The notes below the pieces were generated by a model, which was given only the letters and a program-made list of their open reading frames with translations, was not told where the DNA came from and made no database searches. Shown here one piece after another: positions 25,530 to 36,854 of a DNA stretch of 64,000 bases; within the stretch, counting starts at the first letter, position 1, and the number at the start of each line of letters is the position of its first letter. The stretch covers positions 45,477 to 109,476 of the forward strand of contig NW_005434645.1 of NCBI RefSeq assembly GCF_000315625.1, written 5' to 3'. Source of the stretch: Guillardia theta CCMP2712 (taxonomy: Eukaryota; Protista; Cryptophyta). A program made the translations under genes and the position numbers.

Positions 25530-28126
25530 AGATATGGGCAAGAGAGAATATTCAACATGACAGTTGAGAATCCGACGACCAAACCAAACAAGAATTTAGC
25601 TCAAACTAAGGGGCAGGAGTTCATGGACCATACCAGCGTACCTCTCACTGTCAAACTCAACCAGTCCCTGCCAGGTTTTCCCTTCCCTCACTTGCGAAAC
25701 TTCCTTGAGATTTGTCGGGGCAGGCGGCGGCGTCGGAGAGGCTTTGGAAGTTGATATCGTTTCCCTTGGAATGTTTCTCGGATCCGGTGAGCTGGCAGTG
25801 CTTGTCCTTCCCCTGCCATCGCAAATCCACTTCCTGCCATCGAGATCGTTCGAGTCTGTCGGCATGTCGCCATGACCTAACATGGAGGCTCAGGACATCA
25901 AAGGGCGACGCTCATGGCGACGTTCACTGCCTTCAAGGCGAACAAGCTCGTCCTGCAGGTGAAGGAGCGGAAGTTGACATCATGTTGCCTTCTTAGATGG
26001 TCGGAACAGGTCAACATCGGACGTACAAGCCTCTTCAAGACAACTCGTACCATTCAAGTGCTTCCAGCATCGACTTCAGCCTTGTACTCCAAGATCACAG
26101 GGGATGGACTGACGAGCGGGAGTCTTCGGTCTGGTAACATGCTTGACTGCAGACCAGGACTGACTGTGATGATGATGATGATGATGATGAGAGGAGGAGG
26201 AGGAGGAGGAGGAGGAGGAGGAGGAGGAGGAGGAGGAGGAGGAGGAGGAGGAGGAGGAGGAGGAGGAGGAGGAGGAGGAGGAGGAGGAGGAGGAGGAGGA
26301 GGAGGAGGAGGAGGAGGAGGAGGAGGAGGAGGAGGAGGAGGAGGAGGAGGAGGAGAGGAGGAGGAGGANNNNNNNNNNNNNNNNNNNNNNNNNNNNNNNN
26401 NNNNNNNNNNNNNNNNNNNNNNNNNNNNNNNNNNNNNNNNNNNNNNNNNNNNNNNNNNNNNNNNNNNNTATCTCTGCCGTGGCTTCATCTTATTCTTCTT
26501 CTCCTTCAGATTCTTTTTCTCATCCCGCTGCTACTCTACAAATATATACCTATTAACCACCGCACCCGTCTCCACCAGCCCCCAATGTCCCAAACTCCGT
26601 GCTCGTCTGCTTGCCACGCACGACGCCTGCCCCCCCGTCTGTATCTTTTTTTGTTGATGAAATCGTTGCTCCCCCCCCTCAGCTATCATTGTTTTTCTGT
26701 TGTTTTACAAAGTTGTGTTTGTGGGGGCGGTAATAATCGTATTTTTTGTTTCCCCCCCCACCCCCCCCTATGATGAATATAACGCAAAGGAGGAGGGGGA
26801 GGAGGAGGAGGAGGAGGAGGAGGTGGTGGTGGTGGAGGAGGAGGAGGAGGAGAAGGAGGAGGAGGAGGAAGGTAGAGATGGAGAAATAGGTGATGATGAC
26901 GATAGAGATGATGACGATAGAGATGATGATGATAGAGATGATGATGATGGATTTGATGACTCAATACACATTTACATGATGAGGCTGAGATTGACCATGA
27001 CGACACTGGTGAAGGTATACTGGAGCGAACTTTCGCCATCGAAGCGCGAGACGAGTATGACAACAAGAGCAGCAAGGGAGGAGACAGTTGGGACATTAGC
27101 TTGGAGCACAAGGAGACGAAGGAGAGAGTCGAGGTAGCTGTGGCAGAGGAGCAAGGCGGCACATACAAGTGTAGCTACCAGGTGAATCTCCTGAAACTTC
27201 ATCTCCTCCTGACCTCCACAAGGTAACAAGGGCAGGGGAGTTTTCCCTTGCCGTCACTCTCAACTCAGAGCAAGTATGCGAGAGGTAAGCGAAGGCTCTA
27301 CATGTGCATTTTTTCAAGAGAAAGAACTCTTCCTGTCAGTCCGTACGTCTTCAAGATCAGCCCGGACCCTGCTGAGCTTGTCAGACTCCGTCACTTGGAG
27401 CAGCAGAGCCGCATCGAACGCGAGAGGAAGGGATGCTCTTGCGCAAGCGTCGACCTGAGCTGTGCTTTCTGCAGGCGGGTGCAGGAGAGGAGGAAGGCGG
27501 AAGAGAGGAGGAAGATGGAGGGACAAGGTAAGGAGGGGGGGGAGAGAAGAGGCCTGTTTGCTATGACTTCTGTTGGCGGCAGCTGCGCAAAGGAAGGAGA
27601 AGGAGGAGGAGAAGCTTCGGATCCACGAGAAGCTGGTGGAGGAGAGGTGCGAGGGAGCCTGTTGGTGCCCTGTCTGACATGAGGGCCTGCGAAGGAGGAG
27701 CAAGGAGGAGGAGCTCAAGGCGCGGAGAGAAAGCGAGGCACACTTTGCTTTCATTGCAGACTCGACGGTGAGAACTTGACAGGAAAAGGCGAGGAGCGAG
27801 GAGAAGAGATTGAAGATTATGGAAAAGCTGAGACGCGAGGAGGAAGCGAGGAGGTGAAAACTCGATCGCCTCCTTTCTTTATCCCTCTCGCCTCACTGCT
27901 TGCTCTCAGACGTGCCCTCGCGCTCGAGGAGGAGAAGAGAAGTCTGACGCTGCAGAAGCTTCAGGTCCTCGAGGAGAAGCGGTCAGTCTCACTTCTTGCA
28001 CCACTGAGATCCTTCGTCCTGGAGCTCATGGTGACGATTTGCAGGGCGCGGCCAGGATCCGCTCGCAGAAGCGCAGGTGGAGGTTTTACCTTGTCGTTCA
28101 GTCGGACGGGGAGCGAGGCTCGGTGA
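21600..28126 (+). CDS. TPR + RCC1 propeller + filamin/Ig repeats + charged coiled-coil protein (spans an assembly gap)
   Basis: TPR: KARGNALFAEGKYEEAVEAYTRAL..LWSNRSAARLKLG. RCC1: VACGLVHS..WGENKYGQCG, SCGGAHT..WGLGANGQLG, SCGAGHT..FGSGSCGQLG. Filamin-like: IFVDDNFDGTY, GLEPCVAGQASSFTVKLVDKYGN, SKITGDGL, EEQGGTYKCSYQVTRAGEFSLAVTLN. Confidence 0.8.
22640..22710. repeat. Intronic 9-bp tandem repeat (catcttctc/catcatctc)n
   Basis: Direct reading of the sequence. Confidence 0.85.
23399..23563. repeat. Intronic (GAT/GAG)n microsatellite
   Basis: Direct reading; lies after a gtcag donor near 23373. Confidence 0.9.
24963..25527. repeat. Cluster of microsatellites: (CCCT)n ~24963-25025, (GCA)n ~25195-25235, (GGCA)n ~25455-25527
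   Basis: Direct reading of the sequence. Confidence 0.9.
26167..26960. repeat. (GAT)n/(GGA)n microsatellites flanking assembly gap 26369-26468
   Basis: Direct reading; 100 N at 26369-26468. Confidence 0.9.
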
Positions 28127-28499
28127 GAGAGCGACAGTTGCTGCGGAGGGACAACGAGACGGCTACATGAAGCGGTCGGAGGACTCAAAAGGTTTGTAGG
28201 AGCAGCGATGAAGGCGATGTGATGAAGAGGGTCACTCGTAGTTGAAACATGTTCATGCCATCATTAGTCAGCTCTGATATCTGCATCTTCTCTCCCTTCT
28301 CTCCACCTCGCATCGCTCTCGCTACTGCCATTCCATTTCGCTCTGTATCCTAAAAATTGCACTTTATCGGGCAGGCGTATCGTTGTCGTACCCACCCTTT
28401 CCTCCATGGAGATTGGGGGTACTAAATATTCAAGTAGAGCATATTGAATTTGAAATAATGCAATAACTTTTGAAAATTGGTATTTAGGTGAATGTGGTA

Positions 28500-29400
28500 G
28501 CTGGTGAATAGTAGACCGAGAAAGGGGGGTGGGGGTTATCAGGTTTCGGAGGAGGGTGGGAGCCGAGGGGGTAGCTAGAAGAATAGGGGTGGGGCTGGGA
28601 ATACAAGGGGTAGTTGAATTTGTTGGAATGAGAAGATCCTCTGGGAAATGGACGGGTAGTTTACGGTCGAAGAGGTGGTGGGTAGTGAATAAAGGGTGGA
28701 GGCATAAAGGAGGGTGAATCGCGAAAGGCAGAAAGTCTTCCTAGTGAAGGAATTAGTCCAGTCCAAGGGCAGAAGCCTGGGGTATAGTGTAGAGGAACAG
28801 GGGGTGGGCTCATTTTGCGTCAGACTCGAGTGGGTGGGGGTACACGTTAGGAGTAACTGCAAGGGGGGAGGTAGAATATAAGGGGTGGGTGGTTTAATGT
28901 GAGTAATATCCACGGGTACTGTAGTAATGAATCGAAAAGGATTCCCGAGGTAGGTGCTGCCCTTGCTAGGGTAGGGTTGAAATTGTGTTGGATGATGAGG
29001 GGTAGGGTCCATGTCATCGGATGCCCAAGGGGGTATTCATCTGATTGACTTTTGGGGGGTGGTTGGTGCTGAGTTTCAAGTTGCTGCAATTGAAGGGTAC
29101 TTCTCGTGGGGGGTGGTCATAATCACTACCCCTACTAACCAAAGAAAATGTCTGATATATGTACCGGTGTTCCGTCCTCAATCGTCAAACTGGGTCAGAG
29201 GGGGTAATGCTATGGGGTCAAAACTGGTGGGTGGGGAGCAGTCCGGGCGGGGTAAAAGGAATCCTTACTATGGGTGGGGTCCATAATTGTGAGGGGGTGG
29301 TATGGGAGAGACTGGTGGGGTAGGCAGGGAGTGAGGGGTGGGTTAAGTCTACTCGATTTGTGGGGTGGGTAGGGGTGGTCCGTTGGATAATCCAGTTCCT
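28500..29400. promoter_or_regulatory. G-rich GGGTAG/GGGGTG tract upstream of the laminin-domain gene
   Basis: Many ggggt/gggtaggg motifs (e.g. 28968-28978, ~28999-29008), no credible coding signal. Confidence 0.45.
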
Positions 29401-30124
29401 CTGATGCTGCCGCTGGCGTCGACAAAATGAGAGTAGGAAGGAATGAGAGGAGAAGAGGAATGAGAGGAGAGGAGCAAAACATAGACGATGGGAGAAGATT
29501 TGAGATTAAACCAGAAGAGAAGATAAGAGAAGAGAAGAGATAGTGAGAGAAAAGAATAGAAGAAAATTAAGATCGTTCGACACTCGTCGGGATCAATGAA
29601 GATAAGAAGATGACAAGAGAGAAGTTGATGGGAAAAGGCCAGGCCAGGACTTGACAGGACAGAAAAGTTTGAGCTATCAGAATATCGAATGCAGCAGAAG
29701 ATGATGAAAGCAGAAGTAAGCGAGCAAGGAGTGAGCTGGATGTTTTGTGAAATCAAGGATCAGATCCGCACGGAGCAAAAAGCGGTCGATGATAGACACC
29801 CACATCAGGTCAGATAGAGAGTGTAATTATTATGTGATGCTCAAGGCTAGGATCGCAATCAGATTTATGAAGTTGAGGTGTTACTGAAAGATTTCCTTGC
29901 GATTCAGGATGTTTCTGTGCCGTCATAGGTGCAGCATGCCACTTACTCGCGGATAGCGTTTAAATGCGTTTGGGTTGAAACGAAGACCTCGTCTCCAGTT
30001 CGCCATTTTGCATTTTTTCTATTTCGTTCGCAGGTATGAATACTAAGTCTAGTCCTTCAATCGTTGGAACTGTAACCTTGTGTGCTGAAGTTTTCTCCAT
30101 TTCTAGGTTTACATAAATTAAGAA

Positions 30125-32700
30125 ATGAAGCTTTCAGTGAGAAGATTATTTTTCCTTGTAACTATTGGGATTGCTGGCCATCAGCGTGTTGATGCAGGTA
30201 ATCAAGAGATGGGAAGGTTATGTCTGTAAATATGTTCGCAGGGAATGGTGACATAATGGCGAGTAGCGATTTCAATTGGGATGCTGAAGATTGGGAGGTG
30301 AAACAGCGCCATTCCTTGAGCTTTCACATTGATCACGTTCGATTGTAGCTGTTTGGTCCGGGGAAGTTGAAAGTTTACGATAGGGGGGGGATGCTCTACG
30401 CATCGGTAACCAGTCACTTGATTTGATTGTTGATTCCCGACAGTTGTTCGAATAGGACCAAGGGAAGACAGTCTGGTACTTCGCTGCACCAGCGAAGTTG
30501 GATTCATGTAGAGTGCAAAGACTATGACTTACTGATTCCTCAGATTCCTTGGGGAGAAAGCTTTTGCCCACAACGGCAAGCTCCGATTCCGACTTGGTCA
30601 TTCGGAGTAAGTCCTAAAGAAACAACTTTCAGAAATATCTGATTTGAATCAGGTACATGTCGAACGGGAAAGACATGATAAAAGATTGGGACGTCATTCT
30701 TGAGAGCAAAGAGTGGAAACTTCGTAAGATTCTACATACTTTGTTTTGCACTGAATTCTTTTGCCATGGACGTGATTCATTGTTTGTCAGGAATTGGTGT
30801 CCGCAACCTCATACCCCCCTGGGTGGGTGCAACCGACAACGACCTTTCCTTGAACGAGAAAAGCTGGACAGTGGTCAAAGGGCAAGGGCACGGGCACTCT
30901 CCGACAACGATCCAGATGCTTCGTTTATTGTCCAGCCTATCTGCCGTAAGTCTATGCGCCTCAATGCTGGACAAGTTTGGCTGAACTGACTTGCACATTA
31001 GATATACATCCGTGGGGGATACTATGATGGCCATGAAGAAACATGGCTTGACTCAGTATCTTTGATTGAGGGCGATCATCACGAGGAAACTATGCAAAGT
31101 ATCATTTGATGACCCGCGGTGTTGGTTTTGACGATTTGTCCCAAGGAAAAATTCAGAAGCATCATCATGAACCATTGCGGAAGAAAAAGGAACAAGAGAA
31201 GAAGTGATGATGACTTTTCCAGAACAAGTTGTTGAACTGATCCTATTTCAGGAAGCGTGAGCAAGAGGAAATTGAGATGCTTGCGGCTGCTGGGCAACTC
31301 AACAACGCACAAGCTGCTCTTAATCAGAACAATGCTCGTCCCCCTTCAACCAACTCTCAGTTGGACAGGCAAAGCAGTGAAGAACTGAAACGCAGACAGG
31401 AGGAAGAGGAAAGGAAGACAAAGGAAGAGGAGGAGCGGTTGAATGCTCAAAGAGCGCAGGATGAGATGGAATCGAGACGAAAAGAGGAAGAGCTCAAAGA
31501 GCTTGAAAAGCAAAAAGCTGAAATGGAAGCGAAATCTCACATTGAACAATTGTTGAAGCAAGAGGCAGAAACAGGTGGCGGAGATCGGCTAAACTCTGGG
31601 ATTTCGGAGCAAATTAAACAGGAAGATGAAAGGATCCTTGAAGAGCACTTGAAGCGCGAACAAGGAATTTCCAACAGCATCGATCCCAATGAATTGAAAA
31701 GAGCAGCTAAGGCGGCCCCACGGCTTGTCCCTTTGCAGGATGATAACATCGTGCCCGACAACGAGTTTGCGCAAGTAGAAGAGCCTGCCGCTCCTACTGT
31801 GACTGGAATTTCTTCGCTCCAAGACCAGACATCCCCTGAGGATTTGGCTGGACAAATTGACAAGGAGCACAGCCAAAGCCGAATGGGAGCACAACAGGAT
31901 AGGTTGAGAGAGGAAGAAACTCGTAGGATGGAGGAAGAGGAGGCTCGCAAGAAACAGGAGGAGGCTGCTCGGAAGAAGCAGGAGGAGGAAGAGGCTGCTC
32001 GGAAGAAGCAGGAGGAGGAGGAGGCTGCTCGGAAGAAGCAGGAGGAGGAGGAGGCTGCTCGGAAGAAGCAGGAGGAGGAGGAGGCTGCTCGGAAGAAGCA
32101 GGAGGAGGAGGAGGCTCGCAGGAGACAAGAGGAGGAGGAAGCTGCCCGAAAGAAGCAGGAGGAAGAAGCTAGAAATCGGATGATTGCAGAACAGATTCGG
32201 CGTCAAAAGGAGATGGAAGAGATCGAGGAAATCCGAAAGCGTAAGCAGTTGAGACATCACTGCGTCGTGTAGTGACGTTGAGACCATAGGTGCTCAAGCA
32301 CAGGAGGAACTCCGTGAAAACACGAGTGGAGATGCAGAGAATTCTGATCAAGATTTCATTGCGGATCAAGATTTTGACAGAACGGTGGATAATTCCAAGA
32401 AGGAGGAGCAAAAACGGTGATCATGATTGTTGGTGACAACCAGGACACTTGTACTGAGACGCAGGATCAATGCAGGGGTGAATCTCGCTTTGAGAGGCTC
32501 AGATCAAGGTTCCTCAAGGGTGACAAGGAAGCCAAGTCAAACAAGGTATTCCAGGGAAAATGCCTTGCTCCCTATCTAAACATGTTTGAAGGAAATGGAT
32601 GGGGAAGACCTTCCCTGAGCTCTTGGTGATGACTTGTCTTCCGAACCAGAGGTGTTACCTTGATGCCATGAAGCGGAACAAGCTGGTGAAGGGGTGAAGG
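30125..32700 (+). CDS. Secreted protein: signal peptide + laminin domain IV (Laminin_B) + long charged helical tail
   Basis: Hand splicing of short exons gives MKLSVRRLFFLVTIGIAGHQRVDA-GNGDIMASSDFNWDAEDWE..DQGKTVWYFAAPAKFLGEKAFAHNGKLRFRLG..WDVILES..LSLNEKSW..PTTIQMLRLLSSLSAIYIRGGYYDGHEETWLDSVSL. ORF 31277-32272 follows. The 3' end is approximate. Confidence 0.78.
31930..32170 (+). repeat. Coding 30-bp tandem repeat encoding (EEEEAARKKQ)n
   Basis: The unit ggaggaggaggaggctgctcggaagaagca recurs at 31981, 32011, 32041 and 32071, with degenerate flanking copies. Confidence 0.92.
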
Positions 32701-33603
32701 ACTAAGTGCGAGGCGCACAAAGCTTGCATAATATCTGCAACAAGTTCGGGGCCTTATTTCGGGGAAACCGTAAGTTCATCGTCTGAAACGAGGGGGGCGA
32801 TGGCCAGACCGCCGGATGCTCCAACAGCTTGGTTTCTGCGCTCAAACATGTGAATAGACCGGGAGGAATTGGCTACTTGACTGCCTTCCTGGCGGTTACA
32901 GATCAACCGTACATCCTAACAATAAACTACATAAACATCACGAACTAATGTGATCGAGCGTTGTGAGCTCGAGAAATTCCAACCGTCACAGGGAGAACTG
33001 CGGGCTCAATAAACTCGATGAGCTGAGTAAACTCCATAAGCTAAGTCCGATATCAGAGTACGTTGCATTGCAGTGAAGAATTCACAGGGACCGTGACTAC
33101 CGTCCAGGTTGGTCACATGGCACTACCCTCTTTGATGGGGTCCTTCAAGGCTATAGAGGAGGGGTGATCGATAGTAAGGGTCTGGTACCTGGTCAGTTCA
33201 TGGAACGATTGGATAACAAATTTCATCTTAGGTACAAATTTTTCAAAAAAAGAATTGGAGTACCCACCTTATAATGATGAATAAGATGTCAAATTGTATG
33301 GTGGGGTCAAAAAAACAAAACATCGATCGCCCACTCATGCGGGTGTGAGCTTTGACCACTGGACAGGAAAGGGGCGGAGGGGGAGAAGGGGGAGGAGAAC
33401 AGCTAGGAGGAGGAATGAAACCCGATGATGGAGAAAACATTGAAGCAGAGGAAGAAGAATGTAGTGTTGATGAACTGAGAAGTAACATCATCAAGTGCAC
33501 TGGAAAGGAGGCAAGGTGGAGGGCAGGGAACAAGAAATCGTGAAGTCGAAAGTATTGGAGAGCATGTTTCCTCCCTCCTGACAAACTTGCTCTTACAGGA
33601 CCA

Positions 33604-35040
33604 ATGTACACTTCGATGCCATTCAGCAACGTCATCTTCTTCATCCTGCTCTTGTCTCTGCTGTGCCCCCCGTCAGAAGCCAGACAGTGCATTCCAGCTC
33701 CTGCAAACAACACGAATACCTCAAGCGTCACCCCCGTACTGCATCATCGGCTTCCTTGCACAAGTGCTGATCGTTTCTTGTCAGTCGCCAAGCCCGAGGA
33801 ATGAAACGAGCGTGTTCAACACAACAACATCGTCAGAGCACCCCAAGTTCACCCTCCCCGCTGTGATCATCCCAGTAGTGACCCCCCATCCCATCTCGTC
33901 GAAACTGGTCGCCTCTTCCTGCCTCCTGGCCTCCTCCTTGACTGTGAGGGCAGCAAACGAGCGCAAACTCCATCACATCGGACCTGAGCTACATCAACCA
34001 AAGCTTCGTCAACGCAACCCATCAGAATTTGTAATGTGTCGATACCTCCCTCTCCCCCCTCCTCTCCCTCTCCCTCTCCCTCTCCCTCTCCCTCCTCTTG
34101 CTCGCTCGGCTAGTCTGACACCCTTGCAGCTTCCCCTCAGTTCAGCTGCCTCGTTCCCTTGAGCTCTTCATCGCTACATTGCTCGTCATTGTGGGCTCAG
34201 TCACATGTAACACGTTTGACGTCACACAAACGAGATGATTGAGAGGTCACAGGTTTCCTCGGCTTCATGTACGCGAAGCTGCTGTTTACCATCCTCTCCT
34301 TCATGGCAGGAGTGATCATCTCCATGTCATCTCTTCCCTTGTCGTGCACTCGTCCCTGACCACCGTCATGCAGGTATCCCATCGATGTCTTGATGGGTAA
34401 CATACTGTGCGGGAAGTTCTACTGTGTAAGGGGAGAGGCAGGGGAGAGTTCTCTCAACTCAGTCCCGCTGGTGCGCAGGTGGAAGGACAGGCAACAAATC
34501 AGTTCTGCGGATGGGCCATGGTAAGAGAGACGAGAAGGGAGGAGTCGGATAGGGAGAGCACAGGAGAGGGAAGGGGCGGAGAGAAGAGAGGCATTGAGGA
34601 GAAGAGGAGAGGAGAGGAGGAAGAGAAGAGGCAAGGAGGAAGTGAGGAGGAGGAGAAGAGGAGGAGAGATCGAATTCTTGTCATATGTCAAGCAGGTTGC
34701 TGGGCTGTTCTTCGGCCTGTTCGCCGCGAGCTCAGTGAGATATTCAAGCAGCTTGTCAAACTTTCTTCTCAGCTGCCCCAGGCATCCAAGATGTTCGACC
34801 TCGGTCTCCTAACTCTCGGCGCCTCTGTCGCAATCATCCCAGCCCTGATCCTGCAGCCTGCCATTGACTCTGTGATGTCAAACTTTGACGCCCCTGCCCG
34901 ATGACAGCGCTGATGGTTTCCTGCAGGCCATGTCAAGATGGCCAGATTGGACTCACTACATCCACTACATCGTCTTCGCCGGCGTCGGAGCCCTGGTGAG
35001 CCTCCGAGCGATCGATCGTTTGAAACCTCATCGTCCTCGT

Positions 35041-35075
<35 letters not shown>

Positions 35076-36854
35076 CCCTCGTCCTCGTCCTCTCGTTCTA
35101 CTACATTGACTTGTTCATGGCGCGATTGTACATGATCGGGTGTTGACCTCCTGCGTCTCGCAGGCGGCCAAGAGCAAGCCCGATCCCTTCATCATATGCA
35201 TGACGTCTGTCATCGGGGCCCTTCTGATCAGTGAGGCAGTTTGGCTAGAAGTTTGACCAGCTGACCGTCTTGTCCCGTCAGCGATCTCCTCCTCCTACTA
35301 CATGGACGGAGGGCTTTCACCATCCAACATCTCTAGGGGGTGAGATGAAGAGGGAGGGAGAGGGAGGAACAAGTGTGGAGAGCTGCGGAAGAGGGAGAAG
35401 TGCTCGGGAGGTGAAGGGGAGAGGAGAGGAGGGGGAGAGGGAGAGGAGGGGAGAGGCGAGGAGGGGAAAGGAGAGGGAGGGGAGGGGAGGGGAGGAGGGA
35501 GGAGGGAGGACGACNNNNNNNNNNNNNNNNNNNNNNNNNNNNNNNNNNNNNNNNNNNNNNNNNNNNNNNNNNNNNNNNNNNNNNNNNNNNNNNNNNNNNN
35601 NNNNNNNNNNNNNNAGGGATGAAATATGACGAATACCAAGAGGAGAGAGGAACCTTCACTGTGCTTGATAATTTTTTTCGGCGGTCTTGGTCCCTCTCTT
35701 TCTTTGTCAAGAAAGGATAGTGAAGCTTTCTCTCTTGATCGTCTTATTTCTTTCTTTCTCCTTGTCTTTTCTTCCCTCGCTGTCGTTTTTCCTCTCTCTC
35801 TACGAACAGTCATTGAAAGGGAGAAAGGAGACGGCGGGGGAGAAGGAGGCAGAGTCGGAAGCAGGGCAGAACTTCGAAAGAGAATAAGACCTGCATGGAT
35901 AAGTGAGCAAGAGAGGGGAAGTCAGAATGAGTGATAGGTCTTATGATCAAGAATAGACGGCACTTGTTGAGGTGAATACTTGATAAGCTCTGAAAGCAGA
36001 GACGGCGAGGGGAGGGGAGAGGAGAGGAGACACAGCATGATTGATATCGGACGCAGACAGCCTTGTCAAGATGTCAAATGTATCTCCATGGTGATTTTGA
36101 CAGTGGTGAGAATTTCCCTTCCCTCCCTTTTCCCTTCCTCAAAAACTTCTCGCGTCTTCCCTCGTCCTCTTCCTCTCCATCCTCCTCTTCGTCACCGCCG
36201 CCATCGCTACCTCTTCTCTCGCATCTCCAAGCTCTCCACAAACATCACCAATTATTTTGATAGGTTCTCGCAATCCTCGGAAATCTGTTCCAGCTCTTCC
36301 TCAAGAAGCGAAAGGTTCCTTTCCTTTGCCCCTTCCCTTTTTCTCCTTCCCCCTGCCCTGCCAAACCCCATCCTTGCCCCCCCCCTCGCTCCTCCACGGC
36401 CCACAATGAAATGATTTCTACAGGAGAGGAGAGAAAATGGGGACGAAGTCACTGACATCCTGGATGAAGCACTCTCGACACAACAAGACTTGAAGTCAAG
36501 TAAGTTTTGAGTTTTCTTCACCTCCGTTCCTTCTCTTGACTTACTTCTCTTTCCCTCCGTCCCTCCGTCCCTCCGTCCCCTTCTCTCCCTCCTCCCCCCC
36601 CCTCTTCGTCCTATCGCAAACTCACCTCCTGTATCTCTACAGCCCTGCAGTCCATCGAGAGACGGTAACTTGTCCTTGCTCCCCCTCTCCTCTCCTCTCC
36701 TCTCCTCTCCTCACCACCGCGCACTGCCTCCAGGCAGGAGATCGCGAACGAGATCCATCGCTTCGACTGGCGTGCTCCTCCCGTCAACCCTGAAGCTCTC
36801 CCTGGCCCATGGGAGGACAGAAATCGCCCCAGGAGGAGCATAGATATGTGCTAG
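33604..36854 (+). CDS. Multi-pass membrane protein, DUF4203 (TMEM198/TM7SF3-like), with signal peptide; spans gap 35515-35614
   Basis: Signal peptide MPFSNVIFFILLLSLLCPPSEA. TM exons GFLGFMYAKLLFTILSFMAG, VAGLFFGLFAAS, DLGLLTLGA, YIVFAGVGAL, FIICMTSVIGALLI, VLAILGNLFQL. Last exon ...RRSIDMC* (TAG 36852-36854). Confidence 0.7.

Noticed and set aside
26369-26468. Runs of exactly 100 N (also 35515-35614, 40492-40591, 57193-57292)
   Set aside because: Scaffolding gaps of unknown true size next to low-complexity DNA; not biological features.
23263-26657. Poly-D, poly-S, poly-H, poly-M, poly-G and poly-P ORFs
   Set aside because: Translations of intronic microsatellites bounded by GT-AG signals.
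31930-32170. CRISPR-like 30-bp periodicity
   Set aside because: Head-to-tail repeats with no spacers, in frame within a eukaryotic exon.
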